Shown here in pieces: positions 54,215 through 63,699 of a stretch of 64,000 nucleotides of DNA. Made by a program: the position numbers and the translations under genes. The stretch comes from Gemmatimonadaceae bacterium (GTDB lineage Bacteria; Gemmatimonadota; Gemmatimonadetes; Gemmatimonadales; Gemmatimonadaceae): the NCBI GenBank assembly GCA_043788935.1, contig JAYWIJ010000257.1, positions 12,944 through 76,943 of the forward strand. Reading direction: 5' to 3'. The notes beneath the pieces are model-generated. The model saw only the letters and a list, made by a program, of their open reading frames with translations, ran no database searches and was not told where the DNA came from. Position 1 is the stretch's first letter, and each line of letters begins with the position of its first letter.

Positions 54215-55072
54215 GTGTTGCCACTGATCCGGTTCCGATCACGAAGCTGCGCACCGTGTGCGCTGCTGCTGCTGCTCGCGGTGAGCGGATGCGAGACGGC
54301 GAGACCAGTGCGTGACCTGTCGCCGACGCCCGCTGCGCTCGGACAATGGATCTGGACACGCGCCGATGTGCCACGCTACGACGAATCGTCTGCGGTGCAC
54401 CCGGCGCTCGAAGCGGGGGTGTTCATCGGCTCCGTGCGCTGCGACACCGCGTCGCGTCGCGTGGTGGCCCGGGCGGGATTGCCGCCGGCAACGGTCGCTG
54501 TGCCGCATCCGGTGGCCGTGATCCGTCTGGAGGATGGACTGTACGCGTGCCGGACTGTGTCAGACTCCGAAGGGGTATTCGAACAGCGACTGGACAGCGC
54601 GGTGCGCGTGCTGCGGGTGCGCGGAGGCAACGTGGCGTACAGCGCGGTGCATCTGGATCACGACGCCCCGCAGCGACGCCTGGCCGAGTGGGCCGCGTCG
54701 GTGCGGTATCTGCGGTCGCATGCGTTGTCGACGGACACCGTGTGGGTGACGTCGATCATCGCGCACCTGCGGGAACCGGCGTACGGATCGCTGTTTCGCG
54801 ACGTGGTGCGGGGGCATGTGCTGCAGGTGTTCGACACCGGCGAACTGGCGACACCCTCGCAGGTGACGGAAGCGGTGCAGCTGGCGCGGAAGGCAGCGAT
54901 GCCGTTCCGCGTGGGACTTGGCGCGTTCGAGCGTGAGACGTCGCGCGGGCGAACCACCCATCGTGCGTGGTTCGCGGCGATACCGACCTTCGCCACGGTG
55001 CCGGGCTATGCAGGTGTGTGGATCTTTCCCGCCGGACAGCGGTGGGTGACACTGTACAGGGAGACGCTGTGA
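54215..55072 (+). CDS. hypothetical lipoprotein
   Basis: 285 aa with a GTG start. Lipobox LLLLAVSGC. No motif recognised. Confidence 0.58.
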   Translation: MLPLIRFRSRSCAPCALLLLLAVSGCETARPVRDLSPTPAALGQWIWTRADVPRYDESSAVHPALEAGVFIGSVRCDTASRRVVARAGLPPATVAVPHPVAVIRLEDGLYACRTVSDSEGVFEQRLDSAVRVLRVRGGNVAYSAVHLDHDAPQRRLAEWAASVRYLRSHALSTDTVWVTSIIAHLREPAYGSLFRDVVRGHVLQVFDTGELATPSQVTEAVQLARKAAMPFRVGLGAFERETSRGRTTHRAWFAAIPTFATVPGYAGVWIFPAGQRWVTLYRETL

Positions 55073-57030
55073 CGCGACGTGGCTGGCTGGTACCGACAGC
55101 ACTGATGACGCTGGCGACGGTGGCATTTCCCTGCGGGGGCTCGATGGCGTACTACGTGGACGGGCCGCTGCAGCCGTCCACGAGTTACGCTGAGCGTGGG
55201 TTGTATCCGATCGTCGACATGCTCGAGAGTACCGCGCGTGACGAGATCCGCTTTCTGCCCGGGCTCGTGCGCGCCGACAGCGTACGGTTCGCAGGGCTGA
55301 TTGGCCGCAACCCGATGCGCACGCCATGGTGGGACACCGTGACGACGGCGCGTGTGCCAGAGCCGACGTCCGGCGCGCTGGTGCGTGCGTGGGCGCGTGG
55401 CGATGCGGATGGCGCCGTGCAGTCGGCGCGTGCGCTGGTGTCGGGCATCATGGCGCTGCCATTCGATGCCGAATCGTCGCGTGACGCGGCGCTGCGGCTG
55501 GCCGTGGAGACCATCGAGCTGGCACCGCTGGTAGTGGCGGAGCCGGTCACCGCGCGACGTACTGCGTTCGAACGGCTGGCCACACCGACGCGTCGCCTGT
55601 CGTTCGATTCGTTGCCGCTGCTGCTGGCGCGTGAAACGCAGCACCCGCGCCGCGCGTCACTGGAGTACGCGGCCCTGCGCCGTGCGGTGCGCACAGGCAT
55701 TCCCGATGACACGCGCGAGGAGATTCTCAAGCAGGTGCTTCCTGCGCGCTGGGACTCGCTGCATGCAGCACATCGGACGTGGCTGACGACGTACCCGAAG
55801 CATCCGTACGCCACGCTGGTCAGGCTGCAGCAGGTGCGGCTGTTCTACCTCGCGTCGCAGAATGACAGTGCATGGCGTGCGGCGCTCTCGTTGTATGCCA
55901 CGCATCCCGTGCGCGCAGCGGCCGAGATGCGCTACATGCTGCTGACGATGGCACAGCCGTCGGAGGCGTTCCTGACGGACGCGCGGGTCCCGCTGGAAGT
56001 ACGGATTGCGCTGGTGGGCAACATGCGTCCGTCGAAGGTGGCGTGGGCCGCGCTGATTCGCGAAGCGACTGCGCGATCGCGTGACGCGGTGCGCGAGAAC
56101 CTCGAGGAGCGACTGCTGGGCGTGCTGGCGGCAGACACGACGCCGACACTCGCGCTGCCGCCGTCGTTTCCGTCGTGGCGCGCCACGGCGTCGCCGCTCT
56201 GGCGGTACCTGTGGGCGGCCAGTCTGCTGCGCGCCGGACGGGCGGATGAGGCCTTGCCGTACACCACGGTGCCGATCACCGTGGCGCAGGATACGATGCT
56301 CGCCGGTGACGCGGTGAACCTCGCGGCACGCATTCACCTGACGCGTGGTGACTACGTCGCGGCCGCGTCGACACCGCATCTGGACGAGTGGACGCGCCGC
56401 TACATCGTGTGGGTGCTGACACCGGACAGTGTCGTCAGCCGCGTGGCGACATCCGCCGATCGTGATGCGTCGCGCGACGCGTTGCTGGTGCTGGCGATGC
56501 GTGCGGCGCAGGCGGGGCACTGGACGGCGGCGGCGGCGCAGGTGCGGCCGTTCGACGCACGGCGTGCTGCGTTGTACGCGAGAGTCGGAATGTTCGTGCG
56601 CGATACGATGTCGAACGACGGGCTGCTCCGGTACGCGACGACGCTTTCCGGCATCGGGGGCCGGATGTTCGCCGATTCATCGCGGTACTTCTATCGCGGG
56701 ATGATGAGCCGCGACTACGCGCTGAACCCTGAGTACGCGGAAATGCGCCAGGGCTGGGATCTGCCGTGGACGCGCCTCGGGGAGCGGACGCGGATGTTCC
56801 GGTCGTTGCGTGACGGATCGGAGCGGCTGCTGGCGCTGCGTGCGTTCGCGTCGTATTTCGACCGGCCCGGTGTGACCGTGGCGCAGCGGCGTATGGCGGT
56901 GCGGTTGGCGGATCGGGCGTATCGGCAACTGCTGCAGACCGACCCGTCGCGGAGTGAGTCGGGGTACTGGGCGGACTCGTTGCCGGTGAGTGTGGAGGCG
57001 CGGGCGATCCGGAGGGCGGGGCGGCGGTAG
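55069..57030 (+). CDS. large hypothetical protein, Ala/Arg/Leu-rich and probably all-helical repeat
   Basis: GTG at 55069 overlaps the previous stop (GTGA). 653 aa with an N-terminal hydrophobic segment ending in FPCGG. No motif recognised. Confidence 0.58.
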   Translation: MTRRGWLVPTALMTLATVAFPCGGSMAYYVDGPLQPSTSYAERGLYPIVDMLESTARDEIRFLPGLVRADSVRFAGLIGRNPMRTPWWDTVTTARVPEPTSGALVRAWARGDADGAVQSARALVSGIMALPFDAESSRDAALRLAVETIELAPLVVAEPVTARRTAFERLATPTRRLSFDSLPLLLARETQHPRRASLEYAALRRAVRTGIPDDTREEILKQVLPARWDSLHAAHRTWLTTYPKHPYATLVRLQQVRLFYLASQNDSAWRAALSLYATHPVRAAAEMRYMLLTMAQPSEAFLTDARVPLEVRIALVGNMRPSKVAWAALIREATARSRDAVRENLEERLLGVLAADTTPTLALPPSFPSWRATASPLWRYLWAASLLRAGRADEALPYTTVPITVAQDTMLAGDAVNLAARIHLTRGDYVAAASTPHLDEWTRRYIVWVLTPDSVVSRVATSADRDASRDALLVLAMRAAQAGHWTAAAAQVRPFDARRAALYARVGMFVRDTMSNDGLLRYATTLSGIGGRMFADSSRYFYRGMMSRDYALNPEYAEMRQGWDLPWTRLGERTRMFRSLRDGSERLLALRAFASYFDRPGVTVAQRRMAVRLADRAYRQLLQTDPSRSESGYWADSLPVSVEARAIRRAGRR

Positions 57031-57160
57031 TGGCGGGTCGGCGGCTTCGCTGCGACAGCGGCCAGACGTGCCTGCGATGCGCAGCGGGCCGACACGGAGA
57101 TCCGGATCGGCCCGCGTGGCACGAACTTTTGCTGCGCGTCAGATACGCGCTGCGGCGACC

Positions 57161-58378
57161 TCAGTATGCGGTGAACAGCAGCACGTTCGGAGAACGGCGA
57201 CCAGCGCTGGTGACGAGGTTCGGGGTCGCGTTGTTGACCAGCGCGTTCCGGACCGTGGCCGGCGACGCCGTCCCGTTGGTCTGCAGGTACAACGCTGCGA
57301 CGCCCGCGACGTGCGGGCTGGCCATCGACGTGCCGCTGATGGTGTTCACGTCGGTGTTGCTGCGGATCCACGCGCTGGTGATGGCGGAGCCAGGCGCGAA
57401 GATGTCGAGGCAGCTGCCGTAATTCGAGTAGCTGGCACGCGCATCGGTGCTGGTGGTGGCGCCGACGGTGATCGCTGCGGGTGTACGGGCGGGCGAGTAG
57501 CTGCACGCATCACGATTGCTGTTGCCGGCTGCCACGGCGAAGGTCACGCCGTCGGCAATGGCCGCTGCCACTGCATTGTCCAGCGCCGTCGAGGCACCGC
57601 CACCGAGCGACATGTTGGCGACCGCAGCCACACCGGCCGGATGGTGGCCCCGGACCCAGTCCACGCCTGCGATCACACCGGCGTTGCTCCCGCTCCCAGA
57701 GCAGCTGAGCACACGGACGGGAATGAGCGTGACGCCCTTGGCGACGCCATAGGTGGTACCACCAACTGTGCCAGCGACATGCGTGCCGTGGCCATTGCAG
57801 TCGTTTCCGTTACCACCCGAGGTCACGGCATCGTAGCCACCGGCGAGTCGGCCGGTGAACTCGTTGTGGCCGAGCAGGATGCCGGTGTCGATGATGTACG
57901 CGGTGACGCCAACGCCGGCGCTGTTGTACGTGAAGTCAGCGCCAACCAGCTGCGCACGCTCGTCGATGCGATCAAGGCCCCATGTTGCGCCGGCTTGTGT
58001 GATGTCGGCGTGCATGACCTGATCCTGTTCGACGAACGCCACTTCCGGATCGTTGGCCATTGCCCGTGCGTCTGCCTCAGTCATCTTCGCCGAGAACCCG
58101 CGAATCGCAGCACTGTACACATGACCCACGCGGGCCGCGCGACGTGACGCGAGCTTCTCCGCGACCGCGCGCATCGCCTCACCACTCCGTCCACGTGCGG
58201 CGGCCACTTCGGGCGCATCGTCCTTCAGCACCACGATGTACTGCCCCGGGATGACTTCGGCGTCACCCGCCGGCAGCACGCGGAAGCTGGCGGCATCCGG
58301 AGCGGCCGGCGTCGGCGTGTCGGCGGCACAGGCGGCGAGGATGGGGAGGGAGAGCGCGAGTGTCCAGTAGCGATTCAT
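57161..58378 (-). CDS. S8 family serine peptidase (proteinase K-like) with I9 propeptide
   Basis: Signal/lipobox LPILAAC. Propeptide YIVVLKD...AIRGFSAKM. Catalytic triad blocks AYIIDTG, HGTHVAG, GTSMASPHVAG. Confidence 0.92.
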   Translation of the reverse strand: MNRYWTLALSLPILAACAADTPTPAAPDAASFRVLPAGDAEVIPGQYIVVLKDDAPEVAAARGRSGEAMRAVAEKLASRRAARVGHVYSAAIRGFSAKMTEADARAMANDPEVAFVEQDQVMHADITQAGATWGLDRIDERAQLVGADFTYNSAGVGVTAYIIDTGILLGHNEFTGRLAGGYDAVTSGGNGNDCNGHGTHVAGTVGGTTYGVAKGVTLIPVRVLSCSGSGSNAGVIAGVDWVRGHHPAGVAAVANMSLGGGASTALDNAVAAAIADGVTFAVAAGNSNRDACSYSPARTPAAITVGATTSTDARASYSNYGSCLDIFAPGSAITSAWIRSNTDVNTISGTSMASPHVAGVAALYLQTNGTASPATVRNALVNNATPNLVTSAGRRSPNVLLFTAY

Positions 58379-58564
58379 GCACATGCTCCAGCGTGGGGAG
58401 ACAAACGGCAGCGGTCGGGGAAAATGGGCGGGGCGCCGTTGCCGGAGAAATCTGTCGGCGGCGCTCCCTGTGACTTAGTGACTGGCCACGGGGAGCAAAA
58501 GGTGGGCCAAAGTACAGCCCGCTCGTGGGGCCGTGTCTTCCCGGGTGACGGGTAGATTGGAGAC

Positions 58565-61222
58565 ATGCGCGACATCCGAGACCGGTACCTCCCGCCCGAC
58601 CACGACGCCTTCGTGGCGGCGCGACCCGCCCGTGGGCGCGTCATCATCATCGCCCCGACGCGGGCGGCCTGCGAAACGATCGAGCTGGCCTTCACCCTGA
58701 ACCTCCAGACCTATCTGGAGACGAATCACGGCGAACGGCTTCGCGAACTGGCGGCCAGTGGGCGTGGCTTCGGCATCGTCGCCGGTACCGGCACCGGCAA
58801 GACGCTGGCGGTGCGGCCCATCGCCGAGACGATTCTGGGCGAAGCGCTCCGCGTGGGGGTGATCAACCGCGAGCGCGAAGCGACGCCCGACACGCCGCAG
58901 TGGAACGTCATCATCGTGACCACTGGCATCGCACGTCGCTGGTTTCAGGACGGTGACATCGACCAGAACGACACGGTGGTCGTGGACGAAATCCACCAGA
59001 CGTCCGCGGAGCTCGAACTCTGCCTCGCACTCGGCAAGCGTGCGCGCTGCCGCTTCATCTGGCTTTCGGCCACCGTCGACCCGTCGTTCTACTCGCAGTA
59101 CCTTGGCAGCGGTGACGTGCTCGAGGTGTACAGCTTCGACGAAGCGAAGAAGGCGAAGGTGGAAGTGCTCACGCGCAGCCCCGCTGACTTCCTCGACGAC
59201 AAGTTCCTGAAGAAGGTGATCGCCGAGAAGCGCGGCGTGGCGATGTTTCTGCCGACGCGCGCGGGCACCGAAGATGCCGCGCGTCACGTGCAGGAAAGCT
59301 TTCCGAAGATCCATGCGCAGCACTATCATGGCGGTGAGCCGATCCGCGTGATCCGGCAGTACCTCGACGAAGGCGGTGTGCCGAAGCCCTTCTTCCTGTC
59401 GATGACGGCGGCCGGTCAGAGCGCGATCACGGTGCAGGGGTTGGACACCGTGATCATCGACGACACGCGCTTCACGAACATGGTGGACAAGGGACGCAAC
59501 GTGCTCACGCGCGTCCATCTCGGTGCGAACGAACTGCTGCAGATGGCAGGACGCGTGCATGGCCGCGTGGCGGGTGGGCGCGTGTTTATCCTGTCGGATC
59601 GCCGCATTCCGTTCGAGTCGCTCAAGCCGGAGCTGCCTGAATTCCAGCTGGCGGGCGACAGCGAGCGCGTGGCGCTGACCTGTGCCGCCATCGGTGTGCG
59701 TGCCGACGATCTCGAACTGCCTGTGCCGCTCGACAAGATCGCCTATCGTCGGGCGGTGGCGTTGCTCGAGACGCGCAACATCGTGCAGAACGGTCGCCTG
59801 ACGGACTATGGTCGACAGGTCGAGAAGATGCCGGTGGAACGGCCGTGGGCCGAGCTGCTCGTGAACAGCGACGACGATCTGGTGGCGTTCGTGGCGGTGA
59901 TGAGTGGCGTGGAAAGTCTGCATCGCATGACGCGTGAAGATCGCAACCTGGACAGCATGCTGATCCCGGGCAGCGATCATCTCACGGCGTACAACGTGTA
60001 TGCCGAGGCGTTCACGAAGTACGGGTACGTCGGCAACGTGTTTGGACTGCCGCGCCAGCTCTTCCACGACGAGATCGCGGAATGGGCGGAGATGAAGGGC
60101 GTGCTGGTGAAATCGCTGGAGGATGCGGCGCTGGCGATGGCGAGCGTGTATCGCGCGCTGAACGCGCCACTGCCTGCGACGTTGCCCAAGGCCACGGAGG
60201 CCACACGCGCGCGCTTCAGTGATCTCATCGCGCAGGTGATGCCGTTCGATCTCGTGATGGACGAGCAGACGGCGTGGGGCGAGAGTGCGCGCGTGGGCAA
60301 GACGAGCGTGTGCGGCAGTTGGGGCGCGGTGGCGGGCACGCTCCGGTTCTTTGCCGATCGCATGGGGATTCCGCGCGCGTCGATCGAAGGGACGCAGCTC
60401 ACGCCCGCGCTGATTCGCAAGTACGCCACGTTCGGCGAGAGCACGATCGCGTACGATCCGCACAAGAAACAGGGCGCGCTCGTACGGACGCGGAAAGTCA
60501 CCTACGGTGCGTTCGAGCTGGAGCGCGAGACTGAAATCATCGGTGACTTCACGCCAGAGAATGCAGAGCTCGCGCGTGACGTGATCGCCGAGGCGTTCGC
60601 GACGGAGCGCATGCGTCACCCGGCGGTGGAGCGCAACCGGCCGATGATTGCGGAAGCGCGCGAAGTGTGGCGTCGCAGCGGCGGTGTCACCCGGCGCGTG
60701 CTGCAGGGTGACGTGACGGCGTGGTATCGCGAACGGATTGCGAGTGTCGAGTCGGTGATGGACCTGCGACATCTGCAGTTGCGCATGTCGTGGGACGACT
60801 GGATCACGCCTGAGGAGCGCGCGCGCTACGACGAACTGCCGCATATGGTCGAGGTGCGTGATCGTCAGGTGCCGATCGAGTATGACGTGGAGGAGCGTGA
60901 TGATGGGTCGTATGTCGGTGTGGCACGTCTGCGATTGCCGGAGAAGCTGGCGCGCACGCTCGTCACCGAAGAGTTGCCGCCGTTTGATCGCCCGTATCGG
61001 TTCGTGGTGGTGCGCGGTCAGCGCGGGTCGGCGCGGGGGCGCACGCTCGACGAGTTGCAGGATGCGCTCGATGCACCGTGGATGCCCGACGAACTCGCGT
61101 CGGTCGGCGACACCTACGACAAGCGAAAGGGTGGCCGCGAGCGGTCACGCGAGGAGTATCAGCGCGGCAAGGAGCGCAGGGCCGTGATCCCGCCGAAGCG
61201 TCGCGGCCGAAAGGGACGTTGA
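58565..61222 (+). CDS. DEAH/RHA-type ATP-dependent helicase (HrpA/HrpB-like) with long C-terminal extension and basic tail
   Basis: 885 aa. AGTGTGKT, DEIH, SAT, QMAGRVHG (motif VI-like), HA2-like region. C-terminal KRKGGRERSREEYQRGKERR...KRRGRKGR. Confidence 0.87.
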   Translation: MRDIRDRYLPPDHDAFVAARPARGRVIIIAPTRAACETIELAFTLNLQTYLETNHGERLRELAASGRGFGIVAGTGTGKTLAVRPIAETILGEALRVGVINREREATPDTPQWNVIIVTTGIARRWFQDGDIDQNDTVVVDEIHQTSAELELCLALGKRARCRFIWLSATVDPSFYSQYLGSGDVLEVYSFDEAKKAKVEVLTRSPADFLDDKFLKKVIAEKRGVAMFLPTRAGTEDAARHVQESFPKIHAQHYHGGEPIRVIRQYLDEGGVPKPFFLSMTAAGQSAITVQGLDTVIIDDTRFTNMVDKGRNVLTRVHLGANELLQMAGRVHGRVAGGRVFILSDRRIPFESLKPELPEFQLAGDSERVALTCAAIGVRADDLELPVPLDKIAYRRAVALLETRNIVQNGRLTDYGRQVEKMPVERPWAELLVNSDDDLVAFVAVMSGVESLHRMTREDRNLDSMLIPGSDHLTAYNVYAEAFTKYGYVGNVFGLPRQLFHDEIAEWAEMKGVLVKSLEDAALAMASVYRALNAPLPATLPKATEATRARFSDLIAQVMPFDLVMDEQTAWGESARVGKTSVCGSWGAVAGTLRFFADRMGIPRASIEGTQLTPALIRKYATFGESTIAYDPHKKQGALVRTRKVTYGAFELERETEIIGDFTPENAELARDVIAEAFATERMRHPAVERNRPMIAEAREVWRRSGGVTRRVLQGDVTAWYRERIASVESVMDLRHLQLRMSWDDWITPEERARYDELPHMVEVRDRQVPIEYDVEERDDGSYVGVARLRLPEKLARTLVTEELPPFDRPYRFVVVRGQRGSARGRTLDELQDALDAPWMPDELASVGDTYDKRKGGRERSREEYQRGKERRAVIPPKRRGRKGR

Positions 61223-61367
61223 CGCCCGCAGGACGGAGCTGACTAGGACCGATCAGTCTACGATTTCGGCAGTGCGGACGAATTGCGAGGCGCTCGGTTT
61301 TCCGATGACGCCTCGTAAGTCGTTGTACAGCAATCATTTGACGAATTCTATCGCGAGGGGTTGCAAT

Positions 61368-61385
61368 TAGGACCATGTGGTCCTA
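61368..61385. promoter_or_regulatory. perfect palindromic operator candidate upstream of the TetR-family gene
   Basis: TAGGACCA-TG-TGGTCCTA sits 12 nt before the GTG start. TTGACG (61338..61343) and TGCAAT (61362..61367) hexamers lie just upstream. Confidence 0.5.
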
Positions 61386-61396
61386 GTTTCCGCTTC

Positions 61397-62047
61397 GTGA
61401 ATACTCGCCGCGCCCAGATCCTCGATGCTGCAGCCATCCTCATCGGACGGCAGGGCTATTCTGCGACGTCGATCGATGACGTGATCCGGGAGTCGAAGCT
61501 GAGTGGCAAGAGTCACTTCTATCACTACTTCCGCAGCAAGGAAGAACTGGGGTTCGAAGTGCTGGACCGTCAGTTCGAGCGTTTCGCCGAGCGCGGTCTC
61601 GCGATTCTGCGTGAGCCGATGATCGATCCGCTCGAGCGTCTGCACCTGTTCATCGATTCGCTGGTCGCGGCGCATGCGGAGCGTGGGTGCCACGGCGGAT
61701 CGCCGTTCGGGACGCTGGCTGCCGAGATGGCTGATGCGCATGAGGGGTTCAGGCTCCGGATTGCACAGGTGTTCGTACGCTGGGCGAGTCAGATTCAGTC
61801 GTTGCTGTGGGAGGCGCGTCCGCAGTTGCAGGACGATGTGGATGCGGTGCGGCTGTCGCGATTCATCATCGCGGCGCTCGAAGGCGGGCTGATGATGTCT
61901 CGGGTAAAGCGCGACATCGTCGTGCTGGAAGGCATCGCGTACGATCTCAAGCGCTTCATCTCGTCGCACGTTCGTGAGCCAGCGCGGGAGCCGGTACGTG
62001 AGCCGGCGCCTGCTGCATCCAAATCCGGAGTGCTGGCGAATGCATGA
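61397..62047 (+). CDS. TetR/AcrR family transcriptional regulator
   Basis: GTG start. HTH block RRAQILDAAAILIGRQGYSATSIDDVIRESKLSGKSHFYHYFRSKEEL. Confidence 0.88.
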   Translation: MNTRRAQILDAAAILIGRQGYSATSIDDVIRESKLSGKSHFYHYFRSKEELGFEVLDRQFERFAERGLAILREPMIDPLERLHLFIDSLVAAHAERGCHGGSPFGTLAAEMADAHEGFRLRIAQVFVRWASQIQSLLWEARPQLQDDVDAVRLSRFIIAALEGGLMMSRVKRDIVVLEGIAYDLKRFISSHVREPAREPVREPAPAASKSGVLANA

Positions 62048-62093
62048 CACCAATGGCAGGCAGCGGCGCGCTCGTCGCGCTGACGCCGGCGAT

Positions 62094-62744
62094 ATGACTG
62101 GATCCACTCTGGAGCATACCATGGCTGCCACGCAGCGTCAGGATCGAACGGGAACGGTGATGGGTACGTCGCCGCGCAGCGAAGCGGTGCCTGAGGGACG
62201 TGCGCGGTTCGAGGCCGAAGCGATGGTGCATCTCGACGCGATGTACAGCTTCGCACTGAAGCTGTCGCGGTCACGTGACGACGCGGAGGACCTCGTGTCG
62301 GACACCATCCTGCGAGCGTTCGAGCGGTGGGAACAGTATCGTCTTGGCACGAACATCCGCGCCTGGCTGTTCACGATTCTCTACCATGTCTTCGTCAGCC
62401 GGAAGCGCCGCATCGACGCACGTGAAGTGCAGGCGACGGACGAGACGGACGGATGGGGCGCGTTCGAGCCGGTGGGTGAACCGAATCCTGAGGCACGTTT
62501 CTACGAGACGTTCCTCGATGCGGAAATCACGACGGCCATCGACAACCTGCCCGACGAATATCGTGCAGCCGTCGTCCTGAGCGACATCCACGAGCTGCGC
62601 TATGCCGAAATCGCACACATCCTCGGTGTTCCCGAAGGTACGGTGAAGAGTCGCCTGTTCCGCGGACGACGGATTCTGCAGAAGAAGCTGGTCGGTTACG
62701 CGATGGACATGGGGTACATCAAGTCGGTGCCCGAAGCGGCATAG
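62094..62744 (+). CDS. ECF-type RNA polymerase sigma factor (sigma-70 family, regions 2 and 4)
   Basis: DAEDLVSDTILRAFERW, NIRAWLFTILYHVF (region 2). YAEIAHILGVPEGTVKSRLFRGR (region 4). The start is uncertain (62094, 62121 or 62160). Confidence 0.88.
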   Translation: MTGSTLEHTMAATQRQDRTGTVMGTSPRSEAVPEGRARFEAEAMVHLDAMYSFALKLSRSRDDAEDLVSDTILRAFERWEQYRLGTNIRAWLFTILYHVFVSRKRRIDAREVQATDETDGWGAFEPVGEPNPEARFYETFLDAEITTAIDNLPDEYRAAVVLSDIHELRYAEIAHILGVPEGTVKSRLFRGRRILQKKLVGYAMDMGYIKSVPEAA

Positions 62745-62747
62745 CGG

Positions 62748-62912
62748 GATCTGCAACTGTTCTCGCGGAGATCGCGGAGGGGCGGAGAAACGCGGGGAAA
62801 AGCTGACTGCTGTAGGAACAGCCGCTGACGCGCGCCGTTACTACAGCAGTTCTTTTTGGTCCATCTCCGCGTTCCTCCGCCCCTCCGCGATCTCCGCGAC
62901 AACAGTTCAAAG
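62748..62912. repeat. long palindromic MITE-like element, same family as 45484..45727, between convergent genes
   Basis: The left arm GATCTGCAACTGTTCTCGCGGAGATCGCGGAGGGGCGGAGAAACGCGG is nearly identical to the reverse complement of the right arm. The central hairpin CTGCTGTAG...CTACAGCAG is flanked by an A-run and a T-run. Confidence 0.7.
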
Positions 62913-62933
62913 GCAGCGAACTGCCAGACGCCG

Positions 62934-63620
62934 CTATGACGCGGTGAACGGCCGGAAGGACGACGTTGGCGCGAGCGTCCGCATGGGCTCGCGTGCTCGA
63001 TGCCGGGCGGCCTTGGCGCGGTTGCCGCAGGTGGCCATGTCGCACCAGCGACGACGCCCGTTCTTGGTGCTGTCGAGAAAGACGCGTCGGCAGCGTGGGT
63101 CGCCGCAGCAGCGCACACGCCCGAGTTCACCGGCAATCAGCGAGTCGGCGCCATCATCGACGATCGGCATCATCAGCGCAGCGAACGCATCGCCACCTGC
63201 GACGAAGTTGCGTGTGTAGGTGCCGTCGGCGGAAAGTTCGAGGCGTCGTGTGCCGGCGCTTCGGCCGAGCACGCGGTTGATCTCGGCTACCGCTTCGGTG
63301 CGGGCGTCGCTGGACACGCCGCCATGCTCGGCGAGTGCCCTGAGGGCGCTGCGGACCCGTCGTGCGTCGAGCAGCGAGGCGGTTGCACCGGCGGGTTGCT
63401 GTTCCGCACGTCGCATGATGGCGACGCGGCGGTCATGATCGATCACACCGACGGCGGCCAACCACTCCAGCATCGTGCCGAAGTCGCGGAGGGCGTCGCG
63501 GCGTACACCGAGCTCGATGTCGTCCGTGTTGACGAAATCCAGCCAGAGACGATCGCCGACGAAGACGAAGGTGCGGCGATCGGAAGGAGCTACGACGAGA
63601 GCGGACACATGGGCCTTCAC
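62934..63620 (-). CDS. CGNR zinc-finger (ABATE domain) protein
   Basis: C-terminal RCRRVFLDSTKNGRRRWCDMATCGNRAKAARHR. GTG start at 63620 or 63608. Confidence 0.85.
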   Translation of the reverse strand: MKAHVSALVVAPSDRRTFVFVGDRLWLDFVNTDDIELGVRRDALRDFGTMLEWLAAVGVIDHDRRVAIMRRAEQQPAGATASLLDARRVRSALRALAEHGGVSSDARTEAVAEINRVLGRSAGTRRLELSADGTYTRNFVAGGDAFAALMMPIVDDGADSLIAGELGRVRCCGDPRCRRVFLDSTKNGRRRWCDMATCGNRAKAARHRAREPMRTLAPTSSFRPFTAS

Positions 63621-63699
63621 TGAAGGGGGTTCGGTCGACGTTACCCCCGGAATGCATTGCCGCAAGCAAATGGGCGACTGGCTGCTGTAACTTGGGAGA

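Noticed and set aside
58475-60844. 789-aa minus-strand ORF antisense to the DEAH helicase gene.
   Set aside because: The translation is Arg/His/Ala/Val-rich and low in complexity, with no motifs. The plus-strand frame carries complete helicase motifs. This is a typical shadow ORF in GC-rich DNA.
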